64,000 nt of DNA, taken from IMG/VR virus record IMGVR_UViG_3300035208_003026, positions 1-64,000 of that record; one strand, 5' to 3'. Position numbers and translations under genes: made by a program. The number at the start of each line of letters is the position of its first letter. Position 1 is the stretch's first letter. The DNA comes from a virus. Its lineage: Duplodnaviria; Caudoviricetes. Below, in pieces: positions 8,864 to 18,395 of the stretch. The notes under the pieces are model-generated. The model did not search any database, was not told where the DNA came from, and worked only from the letters and a program-made list of their open reading frames with translations.

Positions 8864-9387
8864 GACTAATAGATATCTTACGCCATTATGGATTTAAGAT
8901 TGAAAAGAATCCACAGAGACCAAACTGGTCTAGCAACTTAAGGTGTCCGTTACCATCCCATAAAGGTGCTAAAGAACGGACACCATCATTTGGTTACAAC
9001 TTTGTAACTGATCACTGCCATTGTATGGGCTGCGGCTTTACCGGTCGAGCAGTGGAATTCATTTCAGCTATGGAAGGTGTAAGTAGAACATCTGTGGCGG
9101 AAAAGATTCTCGCCCAGTATGGTGAAGATGTATCTTCTGATGATTTTCAAGATTATGAAGATGATATCTCGCCAATTCTTCTTGAATGTTCAAGATACAT
9201 TCAAGATTACGTGCGAAAATATAAAGACAATCCCAAAGCTTTAACTTACATTGATAAGTTGATTTGGTGGTTGGATTTCTACCTAGCGCAAAAAGCTCCG
9301 ACTAAAAGCATTACTGCAGAAGAGCTTCGACACAGGTTTAATAGAGTAAAGGAACTTTTAGATAATGAAGTGCTTAATTCTGGGTGA
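8743..9387 (+). CDS. stand-alone primase zinc-binding (CHC2-type) domain protein
   Basis: CPLPSH..ERTPSF...CHCMGCG..G.AVEFISAMEG; no TOPRIM domain. Confidence 0.8.
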   Translation: MRKVSNTARPPAGSDSQGQGSDDGGTSEPFAHIKAANRKVRLIDILRHYGFKIEKNPQRPNWSSNLRCPLPSHKGAKERTPSFGYNFVTDHCHCMGCGFTGRAVEFISAMEGVSRTSVAEKILAQYGEDVSSDDFQDYEDDISPILLECSRYIQDYVRKYKDNPKALTYIDKLIWWLDFYLAQKAPTKSITAEELRHRFNRVKELLDNEVLNSG

Positions 9388-9415
9388 TTTACATATTGGT
9401 AAAGGAATATATTGA
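9365..9415 (+). pseudogene. displaced 5' stub of sbcD
   Basis: MKCLILGDLHIGKGIY* vs SbcD MKVLILGDPHIGK (11/13 identical). Confidence 0.8.
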
Positions 9416-9424
9416 CATTATGGT

Positions 9425-10156
9425 ATGTGGTACATATACAAAATCACCAATACTGTTAATGGAAAAGTTTATATTGGCCAAACCGTAAATTATAAGAACC
9501 GTTGGTCACGGCATCGTTCAGATGCAAAGCATAAGCCAGATAGTAGAAATAAACATCTAACAAGCGCTATTATAAAGTATGGCATTGATAATTTTACTTT
9601 CGAAGTGATTACTAAAGCAGATACTTTAGAGATTGCTGATGATTTAGAAATTGATTATATTAAACAGTACAATGCTACAGACCCTGTGTTTGGATACAAC
9701 AAACTACCCGGAGGACAAGGTAGGCGACCGATGTCAGAAGAAATGAAAAGAAAACTTTCTGAATCATTAAAAGGGAGAGTGAGCCCGATGAAAGGAAAGC
9801 ATCATACTGATCAGGCCAAACTATTATTATCAATAGCAAACATTGGAAATAAGCATAGTCTTGGTGTTAAAGTTTCAGATGAGACAAAAAAGTTATTATC
9901 AATTCTTAATACTGGTAAGATTCAATCAAATGAAACTCGTGCAAAGAGATCACAATCTATGATTGGTAAAAATGCTGGCGAGAAAAATGGAATGTATGGG
10001 AAAAGAGGTGCTCGTGGCAAGCTTACCAAAGAACAAGCTGATAATATTCGATTGGAATATAAAGAATCAAATATTTCAATGTTAAAATTGGCTTATAAAT
10101 ATAACATAAGCAAAAGGGCTGTTTTTAACATTTTACATGAAAGATTTTATAGATGA
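9425..10156 (+). CDS. free-standing GIY-YIG homing endonuclease with NUMOD3 repeats
   Basis: YIYKITN..NGKVYIGQT, GYN, repeats of the SEEMKRKLSES..KG type, C-terminal HTH-like tail. Confidence 0.9.
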   Translation: MWYIYKITNTVNGKVYIGQTVNYKNRWSRHRSDAKHKPDSRNKHLTSAIIKYGIDNFTFEVITKADTLEIADDLEIDYIKQYNATDPVFGYNKLPGGQGRRPMSEEMKRKLSESLKGRVSPMKGKHHTDQAKLLLSIANIGNKHSLGVKVSDETKKLLSILNTGKIQSNETRAKRSQSMIGKNAGEKNGMYGKRGARGKLTKEQADNIRLEYKESNISMLKLAYKYNISKRAVFNILHERFYR

Positions 10157-11364
10157 AAGTGTTGATACTTGGCGATCCTCATATTGGTAAAAATTTGTCA
10201 GTTGGTAAACCAGCGGAACAAGGTAAGCTTAACTCTAGGATTCAAGATCAAATTGATCTGTTGAATTGGTCTTATGATCAATGTGTACAACAAGATGTTA
10301 AACATATTGTGATTACAGGAGATGTTTACCAAGATTTTAGGCCGCATCCTGCTGTTATTGGCATCTTTATGCGTTGGCTTAAGCTTTGCGAACGTGCCAA
10401 TATCGAAGTCCATATCGTAATGGGTAATCACGACATACTACGTTCGGGACAATATGTAGTATCAGCTCTAGATTTAGTATCTGAACTAGAGCTTCAATCA
10501 GCTAATGTATATAAGAATGTTACAAGAGTTGAGCTTGAACACTTTACTCTAGTATTTATTCCTTTCCGTGACAAGCGAATGTACGATGTCAAGACAAAGG
10601 AACAAGCTCTCTCAAAACTGGCTGAGGAAATAGCCGCCGTAACAAAACTGGATTCCGATAAGCCCAAGATTGCAATTGGCCATCTAGCATTGGAAGGATC
10701 TTTATCTGTCGGTGATGAGATTTCCGATCAGCTTAATGAATTGTATGTTCCACCGGAGATGTTTGAGTGGTTTGATTATGTTTGGATGGGGCACATTCAT
10801 CATCCTCAGGTTATCCAACACCACAAACCATATGCCGCTCATATCGGCAGTTTAGATCGGTCTGACTTCTCTAGAACAGAAGTTGAGCATGGTAAGATTG
10901 CAATCCTTTTAGATCCTGGTTCAAAGAACAACTTTGTAGAAATTGATTTACCAACAAGGTCTTTAAGACCTTTGAAGATAGATGTACCGCCAGGTAAGGA
11001 TTCTACTGAGTTTGTTATCAATGAACTATGTTTACTTGACAAGAAGGCAACAATCAAAGATGCGATTGTTAGACTCGAAATTCAGTTGAACGGACCAGAA
11101 CTTGATAATGTTGATAGGGAAAAGGTAGAATCATATCTCAAGAACAATCTAGAGGTACATCATATCTGCAATTTCTCCGAATCAAGAGCCATCTCCATGC
11201 TTCAAATTAATGCCGAGGATACTTTCGATAACACTATGCAGATAGGTGACACTATTAACAAGTGGGCTGAAACCAGAGATCATTTCGAAAACGAACAGGA
11301 ACGTGATGAATTCAAGGCTGCAGCACACGAGATTTACAAGGCGTATGAGGAGAAATACCTGTAA
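10153..11364 (+). CDS. sbcD: SbcD/Mre11-family (gp47-like) nuclease
   Basis: GDPH, TGDVY, GNHD, GHL, MGHIH metallophosphoesterase motifs. Confidence 0.9.
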   Translation: MKVLILGDPHIGKNLSVGKPAEQGKLNSRIQDQIDLLNWSYDQCVQQDVKHIVITGDVYQDFRPHPAVIGIFMRWLKLCERANIEVHIVMGNHDILRSGQYVVSALDLVSELELQSANVYKNVTRVELEHFTLVFIPFRDKRMYDVKTKEQALSKLAEEIAAVTKLDSDKPKIAIGHLALEGSLSVGDEISDQLNELYVPPEMFEWFDYVWMGHIHHPQVIQHHKPYAAHIGSLDRSDFSRTEVEHGKIAILLDPGSKNNFVEIDLPTRSLRPLKIDVPPGKDSTEFVINELCLLDKKATIKDAIVRLEIQLNGPELDNVDREKVESYLKNNLEVHHICNFSESRAISMLQINAEDTFDNTMQIGDTINKWAETRDHFENEQERDEFKAAAHEIYKAYEEKYL

Positions 11365-13508
11365 TGAGACCTCTTAGAATTTTTCTGAAGAACTTCATGA
11401 ACCACAGGCTAACTGAGGTGGATTGTACGAACTTTCAAAGTGTTCTTATTGTTGGTAAGTCTCAAAAGAATGATCGTATTTCTAATGGTGTTGGTAAGAC
11501 AACCATTTTAAGTGCCATTGAATATGCTTTATTTAACCAGTCACATGCAACAACATTAGATAAGGTTGTTCGAGATGGTAAGAAGAAGGCTGTTGTTGAG
11601 TTTGATTTCGAACTCAATAGTGAAGTTTACCGCATTTATCGCCACAGATCCGTTACTGGTTCTTCTGATGTTCGGTTGTATAAACTTAATGGAACTGAGT
11701 TCGAATCCATTTGTGAGAGAACACCTTCAGCTACAGACTCAAAGATTCATGAGCTAATTAAGATTTCACATAAAGCATTTACGTACTCTGTACTTTTCAG
11801 ACAAGCAGATCTTACGGGTCTTACATCCGTAACTGATCCGAAAAAACGTAAAGAGATTCTGAAAGAACCTTTGAATCTTGGTACTTATACCAAGCTTGAA
11901 GAGATGGCTGTTGATAAGCGCCGTCCTCTCAAAAGCAAAATTTCCAATATTGAGGGTTCCATTCAGGTTATCGGAAACCCGGATGATGATATTAACAAGG
12001 CTGAATCTGAGCTAGTCTCAAATCAAGCCATGATTAAATCGCTACAAGACTCTGTAACTACCAATGAAGAAGTAGTTACAACCAATCGTGCGCAGGTTGA
12101 TGATTTAAAACAATCACTAGATCAGCAGGATGTTGATATCCATCGAAAGGTTATTGAGCACGAAGAGCTTTTAAAGAAATTGAAGACCTCTGCAAAGGCA
12201 AAGGATAAAAGACTTCTCAACTTATCCGAGTTGCTTATCTCGAAAGAAGCTGAGTTAAAGAAATTTGATTTAGAAATTGAAAACTCTGAATCTATAAAAA
12301 AGAATCTTGCCTCAGAAAGTGGTAAAGATTTTGATGAATTACAGCTTCTTTACAAGAAGATTTGTGATGATGAGGTTAAGGGGTCTGAGATGTTGGCGGC
12401 TGTCAAAGCTCAGATGAAACTTACAAAGAAGTCACTTCCGGATAGTGATCAATGCCCTACATGTCAACAGAGTATTACATCAGAGTATCGTCGTGAGATG
12501 GAAAATGATGTAACTGAAAAGATTTGTAAGCTCCAAGAAGAGGCTGAGTTCCTAGAGGATGCTCTTGGTAAATGTAGGCGGAAGAAGATCAAGCTGGATG
12601 AGGGTGTTAAAGCAGAGCAGAAAAGAGTCAACGACCTGGACAAGATAGTTCAAAAGATTGAATCTTCTGGTAAAGCCATCATAGCTCTTCGTGGCGAAAT
12701 TGATCGTCTTTACACTGATCAAAAGGATACTACAAAAGCTCTTCAAGATGAGGAGCGTCAGATTCATGAAACTCAAGAACATCTGGATACACTTAAAGAA
12801 GCTGCTGATAAGTCCAATTCACCGACAATCAACAAGAAAATCTTCGAACTGAACCAGAAAATTAAGGATGCTTATGACGCTATTACTGAAAGTAATAGGC
12901 GCATCACTTCTTTAAGTACAGTTCAGGGTGGCTTAAAAGAGCGTATAAAGACGCGTAAGTCTGATAAAGAAAAGCTTACGGTATTAAAGGATACGCTTAT
13001 CAAAGATCGGCGTGAGTTAAAGATTGCTCAAATGGTTGTTGATGCTTTCAGCGGCCGTGGCATTCCGAACTTCATTATCCAAACTGTTCTTGATGAACTT
13101 CAGTTTGAGGCTAATAAGGCTCTAAAAGAACTCAGACCAGAGCTTGATGTTAAGATTGATTCTGAATTGAACTTTGAATATAGGCGTAATGGAATTCAAA
13201 GGGATTATGAGCAGCTATCTCATGGACAGCATGTATATATTGCCTTAGCTTTTAAACGTGGTCTTTCTATGGTTATACAGAAGAAATTAGGTATAACTAT
13301 AAATCTTTTAGCTTTTGACGAGGTGGATGCTCATCTTGATGATGAGGGAATAGAAGCTTTTGCGGATGCAATACGTAAGTGGCAAAAAGATTTTAGTATC
13401 TTTGTTATTACACATAATAAAGATCTACAAGACAAATTTTCTCACGCTATTCTTGTAGAAGAGTCTGAGAATGACGGAGCTGAAGCAAGGTTGGTGTCAA
13501 TATGGTAA
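11364..13508 (+). CDS. sbcC: SbcC/Rad50-family (gp46-like) ATPase
   Basis: Walker A NGVGKTT, coiled coil with CPTCQQ hook, LSHGQ signature, FDEVDAHLD, VITH. Confidence 0.9.
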   Translation: MRPLRIFLKNFMNHRLTEVDCTNFQSVLIVGKSQKNDRISNGVGKTTILSAIEYALFNQSHATTLDKVVRDGKKKAVVEFDFELNSEVYRIYRHRSVTGSSDVRLYKLNGTEFESICERTPSATDSKIHELIKISHKAFTYSVLFRQADLTGLTSVTDPKKRKEILKEPLNLGTYTKLEEMAVDKRRPLKSKISNIEGSIQVIGNPDDDINKAESELVSNQAMIKSLQDSVTTNEEVVTTNRAQVDDLKQSLDQQDVDIHRKVIEHEELLKKLKTSAKAKDKRLLNLSELLISKEAELKKFDLEIENSESIKKNLASESGKDFDELQLLYKKICDDEVKGSEMLAAVKAQMKLTKKSLPDSDQCPTCQQSITSEYRREMENDVTEKICKLQEEAEFLEDALGKCRRKKIKLDEGVKAEQKRVNDLDKIVQKIESSGKAIIALRGEIDRLYTDQKDTTKALQDEERQIHETQEHLDTLKEAADKSNSPTINKKIFELNQKIKDAYDAITESNRRITSLSTVQGGLKERIKTRKSDKEKLTVLKDTLIKDRRELKIAQMVVDAFSGRGIPNFIIQTVLDELQFEANKALKELRPELDVKIDSELNFEYRRNGIQRDYEQLSHGQHVYIALAFKRGLSMVIQKKLGITINLLAFDEVDAHLDDEGIEAFADAIRKWQKDFSIFVITHNKDLQDKFSHAILVEESENDGAEARLVSIW

Positions 13509-14172
13509 ATGAATGCAATCACGATCTTAAAGATGAATGTAAGTGCATTTGTCATGAACCAAGAAAGATCATACTACATGGCCATGCTTGTTGTTCAAAG
13601 TGTCCAGAGTGTGGATTTAGAATAAGGTGTTCTTGCAAGTGGTGTAGTCCAAAAGATGACAACAGCAATCTACAAAAACAGGATTGAGGATAATTCTGGA
13701 ACGGTTTATAGAAATACCAAAATGTGGTTATAAATATGGAAACTTCAAAAGATTATTTTGTTGATGTTTGTGATAATTGTTTAACAGCCAGTTGTTGGCA
13801 TGGTGAATTTTTATGTAATAATTCATCTAATGCTGGAATTAAAAAAGTAAAAGCATCAGAATTACTTGAAAAAGCAAAAGAACATCCAGATAATTTTTCC
13901 ATTGAAAAGTTGATGAGTGTTTGTGGGAGCATTGATTATGTCAATGACAATGGTTTATGACAAATCGTATAATTATTAAATATGAAATGAACGAGAAAGA
14001 AACGGCCACTGCAGAATCTTTCTTGGAAGAACATAAAAATTGTGATAATGGAGCTGCAATTGGCGGAGCTATTACATGGCTGATCACATCAACATCTATT
14101 GGTCAAATGTGTTTTGTTAGGTGTAATCGTTGTGATAAAAATAAATCTATAACAGATTATATTTTGTTATAA
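13502..14172 (+). CDS. three small Cys-rich hypothetical ORFs (13502-13687, 13724-13960, 13957-14172)
   Basis: coupled short ORFs with CxxC pairs in an AT-rich patch. Confidence 0.5.
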
Positions 14173-14191
14173 TAATTAATCTTTTTGTGAA

Positions 14192-14698
14192 ATGAAACCA
14201 TCTGACAAAGTAAAACAGTTACCAGAAATGATGTCTCTAATTGAAAAACTAGAGGATAAGCTATTTTCTTTTTACAAATCAAGAGATGTACACTCTGGAA
14301 TGGTTAAGGATCGTATTGATGAATATAATGGGATTGAGGTTCCACTTCCAGAGGCTTATTGTTCTGGAATGGATCACTTCGATACACCCAATATCACCGA
14401 GTATCAAGATCTTGAGAGAGGATGTTTCGTAGATATCTATTTCAAAGAACTTGAAGAGTACAAAAAAGTTCTTCGACCTGGAAGATTTGTAGATATTGAT
14501 ACTCTTAACGTTTACCAAAAGGTTAAGATCTTTGATATTTTGGAAGCTTATCTTGTTGACCTTACTAAACAATTAGATTTGATTACTATCTATGTTGGAT
14601 TACCCAAAAGGACACAGGAAGAAATAGATAGAAAATCAGAAAGAATTCTAGAGCAGATGCGAAGTTGGATGGGTGATAGTGATGATGAAATGGTCTGA
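14192..14698 (+). CDS. hypothetical protein
   Basis: 168-aa ORF. Confidence 0.6.
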   Translation: MKPSDKVKQLPEMMSLIEKLEDKLFSFYKSRDVHSGMVKDRIDEYNGIEVPLPEAYCSGMDHFDTPNITEYQDLERGCFVDIYFKELEEYKKVLRPGRFVDIDTLNVYQKVKIFDILEAYLVDLTKQLDLITIYVGLPKRTQEEIDRKSERILEQMRSWMGDSDDEMV

Positions 14699-15182
14699 CA
14701 ATAACGATCTCTTTATCAAAGAACTAACCGAAGGATTTGCTTGGCAATCCATTCCGATGATGTTCTTTAAACTACATAACTTTGATGTCCAGATGCCTAG
14801 CCTGGAAATTAGGGATGATTCAATCAAGAATGCCGCACCATTTTTCAATTCCAAAGACCTGTTTGTTAACAGGATGAGGATTGAGATTAAATCTAGGAAA
14901 GAAAAGTTCACTTCACCTGATTCTTTTCCGTATGACACAGCTATGGTTGATACTGTAAAGAAATTCACAGGAAGAACGGATAAACCGGTAGCATATGTGA
15001 TGATATCTAGAGATACAGGCTCGATGTTATGGGTTGATAGTACTCGTTATAAAGAGTGGGATATCATTGAGAGGTTTGATAATACTAGAAAGTTCAGAGA
15101 AAAGTTCTTTGTAGTTGATAAAAACAAGCTTCTACCAATGAATCTGTTAGTTTCTGCATTGAAAAGAGCGTCAGGGGTTTAG
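14673..15182 (+). CDS. putative PD-(D/E)xK restriction-fold nuclease
   Basis: KDLFVNRMRIEIKSR fits D...ExK. Confidence 0.5.
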   Translation: MIVMMKWSDNNDLFIKELTEGFAWQSIPMMFFKLHNFDVQMPSLEIRDDSIKNAAPFFNSKDLFVNRMRIEIKSRKEKFTSPDSFPYDTAMVDTVKKFTGRTDKPVAYVMISRDTGSMLWVDSTRYKEWDIIERFDNTRKFREKFFVVDKNKLLPMNLLVSALKRASGV

Positions 15183-15200
15183 CGGCGCGACAAGGATATT

Positions 15201-15449
15201 ATGGCAAAAACAAAAGTTACACGAGCAAGTTGGGATTGGAAGGGAGATAATGATGATATTTTGGACTCATTAACAAAAGCTTTAGAGCCTTTTGGTGTTG
15301 TAGTCTTTCAAAGTGAGTCTCTTAGAGGTTCTGATGCCTTTGGTTTCGTCTTTAGTAACAATGATGAGATTGGTGAGGATGAAATAGCCGAAGCTGAAGA
15401 GTTTTTCGATGATGATGGTGATGATGAATCATACATTATAAAAGGATAG
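15201..15449 (+). CDS. small acidic hypothetical protein
   Basis: AAGGA RBS, 82 aa. Confidence 0.6.
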   Translation: MAKTKVTRASWDWKGDNDDILDSLTKALEPFGVVVFQSESLRGSDAFGFVFSNNDEIGEDEIAEAEEFFDDDGDDESYIIKG

Positions 15450-15494
15450 TTAAAATGAAAGAGTTTGAAACGTTAATGAAAGGATGAGTACTGA

Positions 15495-16166
15495 ATGAAC
15501 ATTATTGGAATTTCGGGTCTGGCCGGCTCTGGTAAAGATACGGTAGCGGATTTCCTTCTCAAGCATGAAGGTTTTGTTAAAATGTCTTTAGCAGACCCTA
15601 TTAAAAGGTTTGCAATGGATGTTTGGGAGTTTTCCGAAGAGCAATTATGGGGACCATCCAAGAATCGAAACTCTCCGGATTATAGATATCCACTAGGTAA
15701 CGACAACTTCCTAACACCAAGATTGGTTCTCCAACATCTTGGTACTGAAGGCGCTAGAGCTATCGATGATAATGTTTGGATTCGGTGCGCAATCCGTACC
15801 GCAACCCGTTTACTTGAAGCTAAACCAAGGGAATATTGCTATTCTCAAACTGGTGGGTTGGAAACTTACATCGAAAACTATCCTCAGGGAGAATTTGAAA
15901 GAGATGAAAACTTCCCAGAGAAAGTTAAAGCTGTAATTATTCCCGACGTAAGGTTTAAGAATGAAGTTCAGCACATCAAAGCTGCTGGTGGAAAGATTAT
16001 CAGAGTTCTTCGGCCGGGTGCTGGTCTTGCAGGAAACTTTGCACTTCACCAAAGCGAAATTGAAATGTCTGAGATTCAGGACTCCGAGTTTGATGTAGTT
16101 ATAAATAATGTAGGAACATTATCCGACCTAAAGAATTTGGTTGATGATTACGTCAGTAATCTTTAG
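15495..16166 (+). CDS. deoxynucleoside monophosphate kinase (T4 gp1-like)
   Basis: GLAGSGKDTVA, LADPIK, PRLVLQHLGTE, IPDVRFKNE, HQSE. Confidence 0.88.
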   Translation: MNIIGISGLAGSGKDTVADFLLKHEGFVKMSLADPIKRFAMDVWEFSEEQLWGPSKNRNSPDYRYPLGNDNFLTPRLVLQHLGTEGARAIDDNVWIRCAIRTATRLLEAKPREYCYSQTGGLETYIENYPQGEFERDENFPEKVKAVIIPDVRFKNEVQHIKAAGGKIIRVLRPGAGLAGNFALHQSEIEMSEIQDSEFDVVINNVGTLSDLKNLVDDYVSNL

Positions 16167-16193
16167 ATAAGTCCTTAATTTCATAGGCATCGA

Positions 16194-16235
16194 AAGGCAT
16201 CAAGTTGGAGGGAAAGCTTTCCAACTTGGTGCCTT
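16194..16235 (+). promoter_or_regulatory. 16-bp stem hairpin abutting a start codon
   Basis: AAGGCATCAAGTTGGA / TCCAACTTGGTGCCTT (one G-U pair); ATG at 16236. Confidence 0.55.
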
Positions 16236-16538
16236 ATGAGAGTGACTAGACGTATTCGAGATGAGTACGAAATGCTACTCAATGATGTTGGAGAGGTTAG
16301 ATTTTTCAAACACATTTTTAGCACTGGTATTCTGGCGCGAAAACATTTCGATCATCCAGAAATCGTAATGCTTGATCAGGCTGAAGCGTTTTTTGCGCTT
16401 TTCAGAACTACGGGTAATATCAACTATTTCACTATTGGCCGGTTACTACGCAGAATCTCACATAAGCTATACAGGGAGAGTCAGAAAAAGAATTCTGAGT
16501 ACCCTGTTAATAAGCGGTTCTTGAATTCGGTGAAGTAA
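16236..16538 (+). CDS. hypothetical protein
   Basis: 100-aa ORF. Confidence 0.6.
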   Translation: MRVTRRIRDEYEMLLNDVGEVRFFKHIFSTGILARKHFDHPEIVMLDQAEAFFALFRTTGNINYFTIGRLLRRISHKLYRESQKKNSEYPVNKRFLNSVK

Positions 16539-16540
16539 GT

Positions 16541-17530
16541 ATGGCAATTATCACAATCTCTATTACGGAGTCACCACTACAACTTGTAGCCGGAATTCCA
16601 TCCAATATTACGCTGGATACAAATATTCCCGCTACGGTTTTCTATACTCTTGATGGCTCCGAACCTTCTATAGCTTCTATGGTTGCCGTTGGGCCGATTC
16701 ATCTTCCAACTGATGTTTCCTATGTCTTGGTAAGAGCTTTGGCTGAGAATGGAACGGATTCTTCTGGAACCATCACTCAAGAATACTTTACTAATGTGGT
16801 TCCAGGTCGCCACCCTCACGACAAGGTAGTTGGAGGAGAGGGTACTTGTAATAAAGCAACGTATCCGTTTGGTTCTCCATCAGCTGGGATTCTTCCACCA
16901 CAACGATTTGGTAATACCGGTGGTATTATATATGACAATGGTCAGCCACCAATAGCTGCTGGTGCTTACAATGGTAATGATGGGTATGGTGATTTTTACA
17001 ACCCACCAGTGTCACAATATCAATTTAGATTTACCGAGACCAATGAAATAGGTGAGATGGGTCGTGGTATTGGAACAATGCCAGGCAGAGTTATCTCTAT
17101 CAAACCAAGAAATGATAATGAACAGTTGCAATCAACAAACACTTCAAGTGCATTATTTGATCCGAGAGCGCTAGTTATCTTTCAAGACTCAAGAGAGGAT
17201 CAGTATGATTCTGATATTCCAAGAATCAATCGTCCTTATTTCGATCTTGAAGATCAATCGAAAGCAAGAGATGGTTCTTTATTAACAAATACTGATTCAA
17301 TTACACCTCAAGGTGGTTTTCTCAAAGCTCATTACAATCCAAGAGATAACTCATTAACTTACTACTACTATGATAATAGAGTTGCTCGTTGGATCATTTC
17401 AAAAGAACCTTATTATCCTTCTCAAAATCCAACTGTCAATATGTCAGGTATGGTAACAAGATTTGGTCGAGGGCAAGGTGCTGGTATGGTCTTTAAATGG
17501 ATTCCGTTCAAGTATCGACGGCTCGTTTAA
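16541..17530 (+). CDS. protein with N-terminal chitobiase/FN3-associated beta-sandwich, possibly virion-associated
   Basis: TVFYTLDGSEPS motif. Confidence 0.55.
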   Translation: MAIITISITESPLQLVAGIPSNITLDTNIPATVFYTLDGSEPSIASMVAVGPIHLPTDVSYVLVRALAENGTDSSGTITQEYFTNVVPGRHPHDKVVGGEGTCNKATYPFGSPSAGILPPQRFGNTGGIIYDNGQPPIAAGAYNGNDGYGDFYNPPVSQYQFRFTETNEIGEMGRGIGTMPGRVISIKPRNDNEQLQSTNTSSALFDPRALVIFQDSREDQYDSDIPRINRPYFDLEDQSKARDGSLLTNTDSITPQGGFLKAHYNPRDNSLTYYYYDNRVARWIISKEPYYPSQNPTVNMSGMVTRFGRGQGAGMVFKWIPFKYRRLV

Positions 17531-17543
17531 GGAATTAAATTAA

Positions 17544-18395
17544 ATGAAAGTAGAAGCACAGCTTTTGCCCGAAAGAGATTCGAGCAATACTGATATGACT
17601 TTGTCTGTTAGTAAAGCGAAAACCTTTGAGAGTTGCAAAGCCAAGTTCAAATTTTGCTATATGGACAAGCTCCCTAAGATTGATAGGGATTTCCATATTT
17701 TTGGAAAGTATCTCCATCAGATTTTGGAGAATTTCCATCGCGAACTTATGACAAATCCCGAGCGTAAGGGTGAGTGGCGTAACGTCATGAAAGAAGCCTG
17801 GGACTCTGCATACGAAGAATATAGTGAACAGTTGACTGGAATTCAAGTAAAAGATGCCCAGGCAATGATTGATGAGTATTCTTCTATTTTAGAAGAAGAA
17901 GGACTACCAAATGTTATTGGTGTAGAGAAAGACTTTTATATAAATCTCAATAACAAGGTCTTGTTAAATGGTTTTATTGATCGAATTCAAATAGATCCAG
18001 ATGGCTTAATTCATGTTGCTGACTACAAGACAACAAAAGATCCAAAGTATCTTAAAGATTTCTTTCAGTTGTTAACGTACTGTTATGCTTTGATGCTCAA
18101 AGATCCTAGCATTGAAAGAATGAGAGCATCCTTTATCTTGTTACGACATTCTTTTGATTACATCACTCAGGAATTTACCAGAGATGAAGTAATGACCGTG
18201 GCCGAGAAATTTTTAAAGACCGCGTATGCTATTGATGATGAAAAACTCTGGAGACCAAATCCTCAATTCTTGTGTAAGTATTGTGATTACCTAGAATTTT
18301 GCCAAGAAGGTAAAGGGTTTTTGGTTAAGAAGGGTATTTTAAACGGCGAAAAACCGAAAAAGAAAGCTCCATTTATTGGAATAAGGAAATGGTAA
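17544..18395 (+). CDS. RecB/Cas4-like PD-(D/E)xK exonuclease
   Basis: LSVSK..FESCKAKF, GKYLH, GFIDRI..ADYKT, QLLTY, C-terminal CKYCDY..FC. Confidence 0.85.
   Translation: MKVEAQLLPERDSSNTDMTLSVSKAKTFESCKAKFKFCYMDKLPKIDRDFHIFGKYLHQILENFHRELMTNPERKGEWRNVMKEAWDSAYEEYSEQLTGIQVKDAQAMIDEYSSILEEEGLPNVIGVEKDFYINLNNKVLLNGFIDRIQIDPDGLIHVADYKTTKDPKYLKDFFQLLTYCYALMLKDPSIERMRASFILLRHSFDYITQEFTRDEVMTVAEKFLKTAYAIDDEKLWRPNPQFLCKYCDYLEFCQEGKGFLVKKGILNGEKPKKKAPFIGIRKW

Noticed and set aside
9412-9440. Perfect TTGACA followed after 17 nt by TATACA
   Set aside because: The -10 would fall inside the HEG start codons, so it cannot drive the full ORF; unsupported.
9388-10152. Group I intron explanation for the HEG inserts (also at 25475-26516 and 34447-35537)
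   Set aside because: Non-coding flanks are only about 0-65 nt, too short for a ribozyme core, and each host gene is complete without splicing.
17544-18395. Cas4 as evidence of a CRISPR-Cas system
   Set aside because: Solo RecB/Cas4-like nuclease common in phages; no array or other cas genes in the window.
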